Assembly (NCBI RefSeq): GCF_014854695.1
Contig: NZ_CP027557.1
Coordinates: 4,666,891 to 4,690,890 of the forward strand
Direction of reading: 5' to 3'
From: Rhodococcus rhodochrous
Lineage (GTDB): Bacteria; Actinomycetota; Actinomycetes; Mycobacteriales; Mycobacteriaceae
DNA length: 24,000 bases
Shown here in pieces: positions 7,231-16,400 of this stretch (position 1 is the stretch's first letter; every line of letters begins with the position of its first letter). The position numbers and the translations under genes are program-made. The notes beneath the pieces were generated by a model, which had not been told where the DNA came from, searched no databases, and was given only the letters and a program-made list of their open reading frames with translations.

Positions 7231-8577
7231 GTGGCCGAAGCCAAGGGCGCACCCAAGCTCTACGCCCAGCTCATCTCGTCCGCACCCGGAGCGTTCCTCG
7301 CCAAGCAGTTCGGTCTGCCACAGCCCGAGAAGCTCCGGCGCTACCAGCCCGGCGAGCCCCCGCTCCCCGGCCCCGTCCTGCTCGGCGGCAACGGCCGCCT
7401 GGTCGAACCGATCCGCAACCTCCTGAGCGACTACACGTTCGCCGAGCCGTCCGACACGAAGTTCGGCGCACTCGTCTTCGACGCTACCGGCATCACCGAC
7501 CCCGCGGGCCTCGAACAGCTCTTCACGTTCTTCCAGCCCACCCTGCGCAATCTCGCCCCGAGCGGCCGCGTCGTCGTCCTCGGCACCACGCCCGAGGAAG
7601 CCGGATCGGTCGACGAGCGCATCGCTCAGCGCGCCCTCGAGGGCTTCACGCGCAGCGTCGGCAAGGAACTGCGTCGCGGCGCGACCGTGCAGCTCGTCTA
7701 CGTCTCCCCGAAGGCCGCGACCGGCCTGTCCGGTGTGGAGTCGACGCTGCGCTTCCTGCTCTCGGCGAAGTCGGCCTTCGTCGACGCCCAGGTGATCCGC
7801 ATCGGTGAGGGCGACGCCACCGCCCCCGAGTCGTGGGAGCGCCCGCTCGCCGGCAAGGTCGCGGTCGTCACCGGCGCGGCCCGCGGCATCGGCGCGACGA
7901 TCGCCGAGGTCCTCGCCCGCGACGGCGCGACCGTCGTCGCCGCCGACGTCCCCGCGGCCGGCGACGCGCTGACCCAGACCGCCAACAAGGTCGGCGGCAC
8001 CGCCTTCGCGCTCGACGTCACCGCCCCCGACGCCGGCGAGAAGCTCGCCGCGCACCTGCTCGAGCGTCACGGCGGCGCCGACATCATCGTCCACAACGCC
8101 GGCATCACCCGCGACAAGCTGCTCGTCAACATGGACGCCGCCCGCTGGAACGCCGTGATGGGTGTGAACCTGATCGCCCCGCAGAAGATCACCGACGTGC
8201 TCGTCGAGAAGGGCGCGCTGAAGGAGGGCGGCCGGGTCATCGACGTGTCGTCGATCGCCGGTATCGCCGGTAACCGCGGCCAGACCAACTACGGCGCCTC
8301 GAAGGCCGGTGTCATCGGCCTCGTCCAGGCGACCAGCGAGGCGCTCGCCGACAAGAAGATCACCGTCAACGCCGTCGCTCCGGGCTTCATCGAGACCGCT
8401 ATGACGGCCGCGATCCCGGTCGCCACCCGCGAGGCCGGCCGCCTGATGAGTTCGCTGCAGCAGGGCGGCGAGACCGTCGACGTCGCCGAGACCGTCGCGT
8501 GGTTCGCGAACCCCGCGTCGAGCGCCGTGACCGGGCAGGTCGTGCGCGTGTGCGGCCAGTCCATGCTGGGGGCCTAG
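7231..8577 (+). CDS. fabG4: high-molecular-weight 3-oxoacyl-thioester reductase (SDR with N-terminal flavodoxin-like domain), FabG4 type
   Basis: I chose the GTG at 7231, preceded by GAAGGTGGA, because the ORF-track start at 6889 would run through the divergent promoter and into fadA2. The product is 448 aa. SDR motifs are present: [13 protein letters not shown] (cofactor-binding Gly motif), NAGITRD and [21 protein letters not shown] (catalytic YxxxK). The ~200-aa N-terminal extension is typical of FabG4 (Rv0242c). Confidence 0.88.
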   Translation: MAEAKGAPKLYAQLISSAPGAFLAKQFGLPQPEKLRRYQPGEPPLPGPVLLGGNGRLVEPIRNLLSDYTFAEPSDTKFGALVFDATGITDPAGLEQLFTFFQPTLRNLAPSGRVVVLGTTPEEAGSVDERIAQRALEGFTRSVGKELRRGATVQLVYVSPKAATGLSGVESTLRFLLSAKSAFVDAQVIRIGEGDATAPESWERPLAGKVAVVTGAARGIGATIAEVLARDGATVVAADVPAAGDALTQTANKVGGTAFALDVTAPDAGEKLAAHLLERHGGADIIVHNAGITRDKLLVNMDAARWNAVMGVNLIAPQKITDVLVEKGALKEGGRVIDVSSIAGIAGNRGQTNYGASKAGVIGLVQATSEALADKKITVNAVAPGFIETAMTAAIPVATREAGRLMSSLQQGGETVDVAETVAWFANPASSAVTGQVVRVCGQSMLGA

Positions 8578-9435
8578 ATGGCACGGATCGAACTGCCCTC
8601 GCTGCCGTCGACCTTCGACATCTACAGCCGGGCCGTGCTCGGGGCACTGCCCGTCGTGGGCGCCTCGGGCGACAGCCTGCCCGACGACGTCCTGGTCCTG
8701 CGGTCGCTGAAGGTCGATCCCGACGATCTCGCCGAGTACACCAAGGTGTGCGGGTTGCGGTTCGGCGACAGCCTGCCGCTGACCTATCCGTTCGTCCTCA
8801 CGTTCCCGCTCGTGATGAAACTGATGGTGTCGAAGGGCTTTCCGTTCGCCGCCGTCGGTTCGGTGCACGCCGAGAACGTGATCGAGCAGTTCCGGCCGAT
8901 CTCGGTCACCGAGCCGCTCGACATCGCGGTGCACGCGGAGAACATGCGCGAACACCGTAAGGGCCTGCTCGTCGATCTCGTCAGCGAGGTCAACGTCGGA
9001 CGCGAGCTGGTGTGGCGGCAGACGTCGACCTTCCTGCACCAGCAGCGCACGTCGCTGTCGGGTCAGCCCAAGCCGGAGCCGAAGGAGGAGGAGATCCCCC
9101 TGGTCCCCACCTCCACGCTGCGGGTCGACCAGAAGGTCATCGACCGCTACGCGGCGGTCTCCGGTGACCGCAACCCGATCCACGTCTCGACCCTGGGTGC
9201 CAAGGCCTTCGGATTTCCGAAGACCATCGCCCACGGCATGTGGAGCGCGGCGGCCACCCTGTCGGCAGTCGAGGGGCGGATTCCCGGCAAGGTGACCTAC
9301 GCGGTGCGGTTCGGGAAGCCGGTGCTGTTGCCGTCGTCGCTGAGCCTGTACGCGCAGCACGTCGCCGACGGGTGGGATCTGGCACTGCGGCATCCGAAGA
9401 AGCAGTACCCGCACTTGACCGCCACGCTGCGGTAG
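8578..9435 (+). CDS. htdX: MaoC-like (R)-specific 3-hydroxyacyl-thioester dehydratase, HtdX type
   Basis: This is a 285-aa ORF. Its ATG directly abuts the fabG4 stop (TAGATG at 8575-8580), which implies translational coupling. The hydratase-2 motif YAAVSGDRNPIHV is present in the C-terminal hot-dog half. Its position matches Rv0241c. Confidence 0.85.
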   Translation: MARIELPSLPSTFDIYSRAVLGALPVVGASGDSLPDDVLVLRSLKVDPDDLAEYTKVCGLRFGDSLPLTYPFVLTFPLVMKLMVSKGFPFAAVGSVHAENVIEQFRPISVTEPLDIAVHAENMREHRKGLLVDLVSEVNVGRELVWRQTSTFLHQQRTSLSGQPKPEPKEEEIPLVPTSTLRVDQKVIDRYAAVSGDRNPIHVSTLGAKAFGFPKTIAHGMWSAAATLSAVEGRIPGKVTYAVRFGKPVLLPSSLSLYAQHVADGWDLALRHPKKQYPHLTATLR

Positions 9436-9453
9436 GACGGGAACAACCGAGAT

Positions 9454-9498
9454 TTCGGGCGGGACGGGACGCGATGGGGGCGTTCCGCCCCGCCCGAA
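9454..9498. terminator. GC-rich hairpin between convergent htdX and tetR (bidirectional terminator candidate)
   Basis: TTCGGGCGGGACGGGACG (9454-9471) pairs with CGTTCCGCCCCGCCCGAA (9481-9498). This gives an 18-bp stem with one mismatch and one G-U pair, and a 9-nt loop. There is no clear U tract. Confidence 0.55.
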
Positions 9499-9545
9499 CC
9501 CTTGTGTGAATATCCTTGCGGCCGAAGCATTCCCGGCGAGAAGAA

Positions 9546-10154
9546 TCAGTGCATCTGGTCGGAACGCTTACGTCCCGCGAGACCGCGCCAGGCCAGGTTC
9601 TCGAGCAGATCCGCAGCCTGCTGCACGTCGATCTCACCACCGGCGATGCGGTCGGCGACGGCCTCACCGGCACCGACGAGCGCGACGGCCATGATCGTGA
9701 AGTTCGTGTCGGGTTCCGGATCGCGCGTGCTCGATTCGAGCAGATGCGCGGTGAGTTCGATCAGCCGGTCGCGGCTGCCCTGCACCTGGGGCGCGAAGGC
9801 CTGCTGCGACAGCGCCTGACGATAGAGGACCATCCACGACGGCCGGTGCTCGTCGACGAAGCCGAGGAACGACTCGAGCGCGACCCGCAGTTGTTCACGC
9901 GGGGCGAGGGTGGGATCACCCGCCGGTGTGAGCGCCTCGACGAACCGCTGTCCCTCGCGGGCGATGCACGCCGCGAACAACTCGTCCTTCGACCCGTAGT
10001 ACAGGTAGAGCATCGGCTTCGAGATCGACGCCCGCGCTGCGATGGCGTCCATGGACGTGTTGTGGAAACCGTGCTCGGAGAACACTTCGACGGCGGCGTC
10101 CAGCATCTGTTGCTCGCGGACCGCACGCGGCAGTCGCTTGGTTCCGCCCGCCAT
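9546..10154 (-). CDS. TetR/AcrR-family transcriptional regulator
   Basis: This is a 202-aa ORF with ATG at 10154 preceded by GGGAGGAG. The N-terminal HTH is typical of TetR proteins: REQQMLDAAVEVFSEHGFHNTSMDAIAARASISKPMLYLYYGSKDELF. It occupies the position of Rv0238 next to lpqI. Confidence 0.9.
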   Translation of the reverse strand: MAGGTKRLPRAVREQQMLDAAVEVFSEHGFHNTSMDAIAARASISKPMLYLYYGSKDELFAACIAREGQRFVEALTPAGDPTLAPREQLRVALESFLGFVDEHRPSWMVLYRQALSQQAFAPQVQGSRDRLIELTAHLLESSTRDPEPDTNFTIMAVALVGAGEAVADRIAGGEIDVQQAADLLENLAWRGLAGRKRSDQMH

Positions 10155-10181
10155 GACTCCTCCCGGACTCCTCGAATGAAT

Positions 10182-10219
10182 TTCTTACTCTACGGTAGGA
10201 AGCCTGTGGTCGAAGCAAC
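10182..10219 (-). promoter_or_regulatory. candidate autoregulatory operator and -10 element upstream of tetR
   Basis: The imperfect palindrome TTCTTAC-TCTACG-GTAGGAA (10182-10201) lies 28 nt upstream of the tetR ATG. On the minus strand its centre reads TAGAGT (10192..10187), a TANNNT -10-like hexamer. TGTGGTCGAAGCAAC follows at 10205-10219. The block is homologous to 7149-7181. Confidence 0.5.
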
Positions 10220-10229
10220 CTGCGACATT

Positions 10230-11429
10230 TCAGCAGTCCAGAGCGCCCTTCGCGCGTGTCACGGTCCGTACCGACTCGTCGACCCATTCCGGCGAGAGCG
10301 TGCCCTCCGCGACGACCTGCTCGAGATGGTCGAGCACGGCGGGCACCTCGTCGGTGGTCAGCCACAGTGCCTGGTTCACGCCCGCCACCATCGCGGCCTC
10401 GACGGCCTCGGTGATGCCGTAGGTATCGGTGATCGCGCGCATCCCCGACAGGTCGTCGGTGAAGATCACGCCACCGAAGGCGGGGCCGCCGTAGGCACCC
10501 GAGCGGAGCAGGTCCACCGCTGCCGGGCTGATGCTCGCGGGCAGGCCGCCGGTCAGACCCGGCACGTCGAGGTGACCGAGCATGACGCCCACCTCGGGCG
10601 AGACCAGGCTGCGGTACGGCACGAGATCGCTCTGCTGCAGTTGCTCGATCGGCGGGGTCGTCACGGCACCGGTGTGCGAATCACCGGAGGCCGAGCCGTG
10701 ACCCGGGAAGTGCTTGAGCACCGGCATGATTCCGGCGTCGATCAGTCCCCGCGCATAGGCGCCGGCGTACTGCGTGACAACCTCGGGATCGTCGGAGAAC
10801 GAACGGTCGCCTATGACCGAGTCGTCGGGCTGGCTGCTCACGTCGACGTCCGGCGCGAAGTCGACGGTGATGCCCAGCGACTTCAGTTCCTGTCCGCGTT
10901 CGAACGCCATCCGGTAGGTCTCGTCGACCGTCATCGTCTGCGCCGTCACCCGCGCGGACGGATCGGGTCCGAACAGGTCGCCCACGCGCGACACGCGGCC
11001 GCCCTCCTCGTCGATCGTGACCATGAGCGGCAATGCGCTCTGCGCGGCCACCTGCGGCACGAGACCGTCGGTGAGCATCGACGCGTCGGTCCAGCTGCCG
11101 ATGAAGATGCCGCCGATCTGCTCGGATTCGACGATGGCCTGCGCGTCGACGGCTCCGGTGACCCCGACGTTGAGCAACTGGGCGAGCTTCTGCCGCAGCG
11201 TCAGCCGGGCGAGCAGATCGTCGCCGCAGGTCGCCGACGTCGCGGCCGCGGTCGCCTCGGTGGTCGTGGCGGTCGCGGTGGTGGACGAGGCGGGCGCGGT
11301 GTCGGACGAGGCGGGCGCCAGGCTCGACGTCGTCTCGACCGGGTCGTCGCCGCCCGAATCGGACGAACCGCATCCCGCGGTGGTGAGGGCGACCGCGAGC
11401 ACGGCGGCGACAGTGTGACGGATCCGCAT
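10230..11429 (-). CDS. lpqI: glycoside hydrolase family 3 lipoprotein, beta-N-acetylglucosaminidase (NagZ/LpqI type)
   Basis: I chose the ATG at 11429 (MRIRHTVAAVLAVALTTAGCGSS), which gives a classic lipoprotein signal with lipobox LTTAGC. The ORF-track start at 11465 adds 12 residues. The GH3 N-terminal domain motif KHFPGHGSASGDSHTG is present, and a Thr/Ala/Ser-rich linker follows the lipobox. Its position matches Rv0237. Confidence 0.85.
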   Translation of the reverse strand: MRIRHTVAAVLAVALTTAGCGSSDSGGDDPVETTSSLAPASSDTAPASSTTATATTTEATAAATSATCGDDLLARLTLRQKLAQLLNVGVTGAVDAQAIVESEQIGGIFIGSWTDASMLTDGLVPQVAAQSALPLMVTIDEEGGRVSRVGDLFGPDPSARVTAQTMTVDETYRMAFERGQELKSLGITVDFAPDVDVSSQPDDSVIGDRSFSDDPEVVTQYAGAYARGLIDAGIMPVLKHFPGHGSASGDSHTGAVTTPPIEQLQQSDLVPYRSLVSPEVGVMLGHLDVPGLTGGLPASISPAAVDLLRSGAYGGPAFGGVIFTDDLSGMRAITDTYGITEAVEAAMVAGVNQALWLTTDEVPAVLDHLEQVVAEGTLSPEWVDESVRTVTRAKGALDC

Positions 11430-11542
11430 GGTGCCGACGGTAGCGGACGAACCTCGAGGACCCACAGCTCGAACCTCCCCCAGGGACGCTCCGGCGGGTT
11501 AAGGTGCACCCGAGCATCCGAATCCGACCCAGGGGGTACGCG

Positions 11543-12010
11543 GTGGGCGCAGATCTGATCCTCATCGCCTACGACGGTTCCGAGAACTCGAAGCGTGCCG
11601 TGCGGTATGCGGGTCGTTTCCTCGAGTCGTGCCGCGCCGTCGTCGTCACCGCCTGGGAGCCGATGGTCCGGCAGGCCGCCCGCATGTCCGGCCTGTCCGG
11701 TGTCATGCAACCCGACTGGGTGCCCGACGAGGACAGCGAGGACGTCGCCCTGTCCGACGCCCGCATCACCAACGACGAGGGTCTCGAGATGGCACGCTCG
11801 GTAGGTCTGCACGCCGAGGGCCGCACCGTCGAGGTCGTCAACGCGGTGTGGTCGGCGATCATCGAGGCCGCCGACGAGCTGGACGTCGACATCATCGTCA
11901 CCGGCACCCGCGGCACCACCGGTCTGCGGTCGCTGTTGCAGTCGTCGGTGGCCGATCACGTGCTCCGGCACAGTCACCGGCCGGTCCTGATCGTGCCGCC
12001 GGGTCGCTGA
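11543..12010 (+). CDS. universal stress protein (UspA family)
   Basis: The ORF is open from 11504. I prefer the GTG at 11543 because AGGGGG sits 6 nt upstream, giving 155 aa. Usp hallmarks are present: ILIAYDGSENSKRAV near the N-terminus and DIIVTGTRGTTGLRSLLQSSVADHVLRHSHRPVLIVPP (ATP-binding G-x2-G-x9-G-S/T type) at the C-terminus. Confidence 0.8.
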   Translation: MGADLILIAYDGSENSKRAVRYAGRFLESCRAVVVTAWEPMVRQAARMSGLSGVMQPDWVPDEDSEDVALSDARITNDEGLEMARSVGLHAEGRTVEVVNAVWSAIIEAADELDVDIIVTGTRGTTGLRSLLQSSVADHVLRHSHRPVLIVPPGR

Positions 12011-12065
12011 CGCCCCGTACCGGGTCACCGGCGCCGGGTGCGGGCAGGGATATTGTCGATCCACC

Positions 12066-13148
12066 ATGGACGGATTCCTGCTCTCGCGCGCCGAACGCTC
12101 GGTGCACGCCACCGGCACCCGCCGGTTCTTCGACGACGTCCACTCCGCCACGCAGGCACTCCGCAGCGGTAAGGCGACGATCGTCGTCGGTGCACTGCCG
12201 TTCTCGCGGCACCGTCCGGTGGCCCTCGCGCAGCCCGACGACGTCGAGCTCGTCGACGGCCCGTGGCAGGCCCCTCCCGACCTGTCGGACCTGCCGCCGG
12301 TGCGGATCTCCGCCGAACTGCCGCTGCCCCGCGTGCACGTCGAGCGGGTGCGCCGGCTCGTGGAGCAGATGTCCCTCGGGGAGATGGAGAAGGTCGTCGC
12401 CGCCCGGCGGGTCACGCTCGAGGCCGACGAACCGCTCGACCCGCTCGCTCTCGCGGCCCGCATGATCGAACGCCATCCCGACGCGGCGACGTACGCGCTG
12501 GACCTGAGCGCGGCGGGCGAACGCTATTGGGGTCACACGCTGGTCGGGGCGACCCCCGAACTGCTCGTGAGCCGGCGCGGCGACACCGTCACGTGCCGTC
12601 CCCTCGCCGGGACCGCCGCACGCCGGGCCGATCCGGACGAGGACCGCCGCGCCGGTGAGGACCTGCTGACCTCGGACAAGAACCTCACCGAGCACGGTTA
12701 CGTCGTCGACTGGATCCGCACCCGACTGGCCCCGCTGTGCAGCGACCTCGACATCCCCGACAAGCCCGAACTCACCGCGACACCCGATGTCTGGCATCTC
12801 GCCACGCCGATCACCGGCACCCTCCGCGACGCCGGCACCGACGCGCTCACCCTCGCCCACGTCCTGCACCCCACCCCGGCCGTGGCGGGCACCCCCACCG
12901 AGGCCGCGCTGGACGTGATCTCCCGGGTCGAGGGCGACCGGCGCTTCTACGGCGGCGCGGTGGGCTGGTGCGACGAACAGGGCGACGGCGACTGGTTCGT
13001 CGCCATCCGGTGCGCGGAGCTCAGTTCCGACGGCCGACGCGCCGTGACCTGGGCCGGAGGCGGCATCGTGGCCGATTCCGATCCCGTCGCCGAACTCGAC
13101 GAGACCACCGCCAAACTACGCACGCTGCTCGGCGTGCTGGGTGTGTAG
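12066..13148 (+). CDS. isochorismate synthase (short actinobacterial MenF/EntC type)
   Basis: This is a 360-aa ORF with a chorismate-utilising enzyme C-terminal domain. It carries the isochorismate-synthase-typical LHPTPAVAGTP, then FYGGAVGWCDEQGDGDWFVAIRCAEL and WAGGGIVADSDPVAELDETTAKL. Confidence 0.8.
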   Translation: MDGFLLSRAERSVHATGTRRFFDDVHSATQALRSGKATIVVGALPFSRHRPVALAQPDDVELVDGPWQAPPDLSDLPPVRISAELPLPRVHVERVRRLVEQMSLGEMEKVVAARRVTLEADEPLDPLALAARMIERHPDAATYALDLSAAGERYWGHTLVGATPELLVSRRGDTVTCRPLAGTAARRADPDEDRRAGEDLLTSDKNLTEHGYVVDWIRTRLAPLCSDLDIPDKPELTATPDVWHLATPITGTLRDAGTDALTLAHVLHPTPAVAGTPTEAALDVISRVEGDRRFYGGAVGWCDEQGDGDWFVAIRCAELSSDGRRAVTWAGGGIVADSDPVAELDETTAKLRTLLGVLGV

Positions 13149-13288
13149 CGCACCGCGGCAACGGTGAAGATCGACTCGGAGGCTCGCACCGTCCGCCGAC
13201 GCCTTCCGGGGTGATAGTTTGGCGCGGACCGATAGACAGCGTGGCGGCCGGCGATGACTGCCTGCGTCACTGGAGATGGGGAGACGGA

Positions 13289-13462
13289 ATGGGGAAGTTC
13301 CTGGGACCGGGCCTGGGTAGCGTGGTCGTCGGTGCCGTACTCGGTGCCGTGGCGGTCTTCGGTGTGACGGCCGCTGTGCAGGAGAATTCGCGCCCTCAGA
13401 TCGATCGCAGTGGCAACGCCGATTCGTCCCTCCTGAACCAGGTTGAGTACGGCAGCCGCTGA
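13289..13462 (+). CDS. small secreted/membrane protein (Rv0236A-like, DUF2613-type) preceding aftD
   Basis: This is the last 57 codons of the 241-aa track ORF 12737..13462. ATG at 13289 is preceded by GGGGAGA. The N-terminal hydrophobic helix is GSVVVGAVLGAVAVFGVTAAV, and the tail ends LLNQVEYGSR. Its size and its position directly upstream of aftD match what I recall for Rv0236A (57 aa). Confidence 0.65.
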   Translation: MGKFLGPGLGSVVVGAVLGAVAVFGVTAAVQENSRPQIDRSGNADSSLLNQVEYGSR

Positions 13463-16400
13463 CGGCGCCGGCAACGCTTCGAGTTCACGCACGTACCGAG
13501 GCGAGACGGAGCTCCCGTCCGCCGAACCGCTGTCCCGCCGGTGGCTGTACGCAGTCGCCGCGGTGGCGGTGATCCTGTCCTTCGCCCAGGTTCCGGGCCT
13601 GGTCGTCGCCGACACCAAGTACGACCTGACGCAGAACCCGATCGGATTCCTCACGCGCGCCGCTCACCAATGGAGCAGTGTGGCGCCGCTCGGGCAGGTG
13701 CAGAACCAGGCGTACGGCTACTTCTTCCCGCACGGCTCGTTCTTCGCCGCGGGTCAACTTCTGCACATTCCCCCGTGGATCACCCAGCGGGTGTGGTGGG
13801 TGCTGCTGCTCGTCGCCGGATTCTGGGGCCTCGTCCGCCTCGCCGAAGCCCTCGGCATCGGGAGCCGTAGCTCCCGCCTGATCGCGGCGACGGTGTTCGT
13901 GCTGTCCCCGCGCGTCCTCACGACGCTCGGTTCCATCTCGTCGGAAGCACATCCGATGATGCTGGCGCCGTGGGTGCTGCTACCGCTGGTGCGGTATCTG
14001 AACACGCCGAATCCCGGCTCGGCCCGCCGGCTCGCCGCGCAGTCCGCCGTGGCGGTGACGCTCATGGGCGCGATCAACGCGGTCGCGACCGCCGCGGCCT
14101 GTCTCGTCGCGGCGCTGTGGTGGGCCGCGCACCGCCCGAACCGGCGCTGGTGGCGCTTCACCCTGTGGTGGCTGCCGCTGTGCGTCGTCGCGGTGACCTG
14201 GTGGATGGTGCCGCTGCTGCTGCTCGGCCGCGTCAGCCCGCCCTTCCTCGACTTCATCGAATCGTCCGGTGTCACCACCGAATGGACGTCGCTCGCCGAG
14301 GTGCTGCGCGGCACCAGCAGCTGGACGCCCTTCGTCTCCCCCGAACGCATCGCGGGAGCCGTGCTCGTCACGCAACCGGCCGCCGTCCTCGTCACCGGCG
14401 CTCTGGCCGCGGCCGGTCTCGCCGGCCTCGCGATGCGGTCGATGCCTGCGCGCGGTCGATTCACCCTGATCCTCGTGGTGGGTCTCGTCGGCATGGGCGT
14501 CGGTTACGTCGGCCGGCTCGACTCGCCGTTCGCCGAGCAGGTCCGGTTGTTCCTCGACACCGCCGGTGCGCCGCTGCGCAACGTCCACAAGCTCGAACCG
14601 CTCGTGCGACTGCCGATCGTGCTCGGGATCGCGCACCTGTTGCGCGCCGTGCCACTGCCCGGATCGGTGCCGTGGTCGCGTGCCCGTAACGCCTTCGCGC
14701 ATCCCGAACGCAATCCGATGGTCGCGGTGACGACGCTGATCCTCGTCGCGATGACGCTCGCGACCTCACTCGCGTGGACCGGGCGGCTCGCTCCGCGCGG
14801 CGCCTACGACGAGGTCCCCGAGCACTGGCACGCCGCGGCGGCCTGGCTCGAGGACAACACGAGCGAGCGCGGCGAACGCGCCCTCATCGTTCCCGGCGCG
14901 CCGTTCGGCAGCCAGATGTGGGGGCTCACCCGCGACGAACCGATGCAAGCACTCGCGTCGACGCCGTGGGCCGTGCGCGACGCCGTCCCGCTCGTGCCGC
15001 CCGGCGCCATCCGTGCCCTCGACGCCGTGCAACGCGACATCGCCGACGGCCGCCCGTCCGACGGTCTCGCCGCGACCCTGCGCGGTCAGGGCATCGGTTT
15101 CCTGGTGGTGCGCAACGACCTCGACCCCGACACCTCCCCCGCCGCGCGACCGGCACTCGTGCATCGCGCGCTCGACGGTTCGCCGGGTATCGAGCGGGTC
15201 GCCGAGTTCGGTGACGACATCGTGTTCGACAACCCCGACGACTTCGTCACCGACGCCGACCTGCGACCTGCCTATCCGGCCGTGGAGATCTACCGCGTCG
15301 CCGAACCCGCCGCGGCGCCCGTCGGTCCCTACGTCGTGGACGTCGCCGACGTGCCGGTCGTGCAGGGAGGCCCCGAAGCGCTGCTGCGCCGCAACACCGC
15401 GCAGCCCGAGTTCGTCGGTCCCACACTCCTCGCCGCCGACGCGGCCCGCGCGGGTCTGCCCGTCGACGAGGTGACGGTCACCGACACCCCGACGGACCGC
15501 GAGACGGATTACGGGCAGGTCGACCATCATTCGTCGACGATCCGCGCGGCCGACGACCCGCGCCGCACCCACAACGCCGTCCCCGACTATCCGGTGCCCG
15601 ACACCGAACTCGTCCGCGCCGAATGGGAAGGCGCCCGCATCAGCGTGTCGAGCGCGGCGTCGGATGCCACCCAGCTCGGCGGCACGTCGGTCGCGAGCAG
15701 CCCGGCCGCGGTGGTCGACGGCGATCCGACGACCGGCTGGCACAGCAACGGTCTCGAATCGGCGATCGGCCAGTGGCTGCAGCTCGACCTCGACCGGCCG
15801 ATCGAAGCGGGTCTGCTGCACCTGACGACGAGTTCCGGAGCCCTCGGCGATCCCGTCAAGTGGCTCGAGGTGTCCACCGACCGGGGCAGCACGGCGGTGC
15901 GCGTCGACGAACCGGGACGCGAACAGACGGTCGCGCTGCCGCTGGGCACCACCTCGTGGATCCGCATCACGTCCGTGCACACCGCACGCGGCACGGTCGG
16001 CAACCAGTTCGGTCTCACCGAGGTGGTCGTCGAGGACTTCACCGACCGGAACGAACCGCGCCCGATCGACATCCGTCGCCGCATCGTGGTGCCGGGCCCG
16101 GCCGAGGACGCCGCGGTGCGCGGATGGCAGCTCGGACAGGAATTCCCCGGCCGCGGCAGCTGTGTCGACACCGACGACCGCGTGCGCTGCGCCCGGGGGC
16201 TCGCCACCTCCGCCGAGGAACCCGGCGTGTTCACCCGCACCCTGGACGTGCCGCAGGAGACCTGGGTCCGTCCGGAACTGCTCCTGCGCGGGCGTCCCGG
16301 GCCGGCGCTCGAGGATCTCGTGGACCGCTCGGATCGGGTCGTCGCGCGCGGTGACGCCGACGTTGTCGACCTGCAGGGCTCGGCGTTCGCCCTCACCGAC

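Noticed and set aside
5511-7808. 765-aa plus-strand ORF spanning the fadA2 antisense strand and the fabG4 5' region
   Set aside because: It crosses an obviously non-coding AT-richer promoter region (7107-7230). Its product is Arg-rich nonsense, and the thiolase on the opposite strand is unambiguous.
7156-9414. 752-aa minus-strand ORF antisense to fabG4-htdX
   Set aside because: Its composition is Arg/Gly/Asp/His-dominated, it has no motifs, and it spans two well-supported plus-strand genes. It is a shadow ORF.
9516-11558. 680-aa plus-strand ORF antisense to tetR and lpqI
   Set aside because: It runs across the tetR-lpqI intergenic operator region and has shadow-ORF composition (it ends in GRGGRGGGRGG repeats, which are the antisense of the lpqI Thr/Ala linker).
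12737-13288. First 184 codons of the 241-aa ORF 12737..13462
   Set aside because: This part overlaps the isochorismate synthase out of frame and reads as His/Arg/Pro-rich junk. Only the last 57 codons (from ATG 13289, with an SD) look like a real small membrane/secreted protein.
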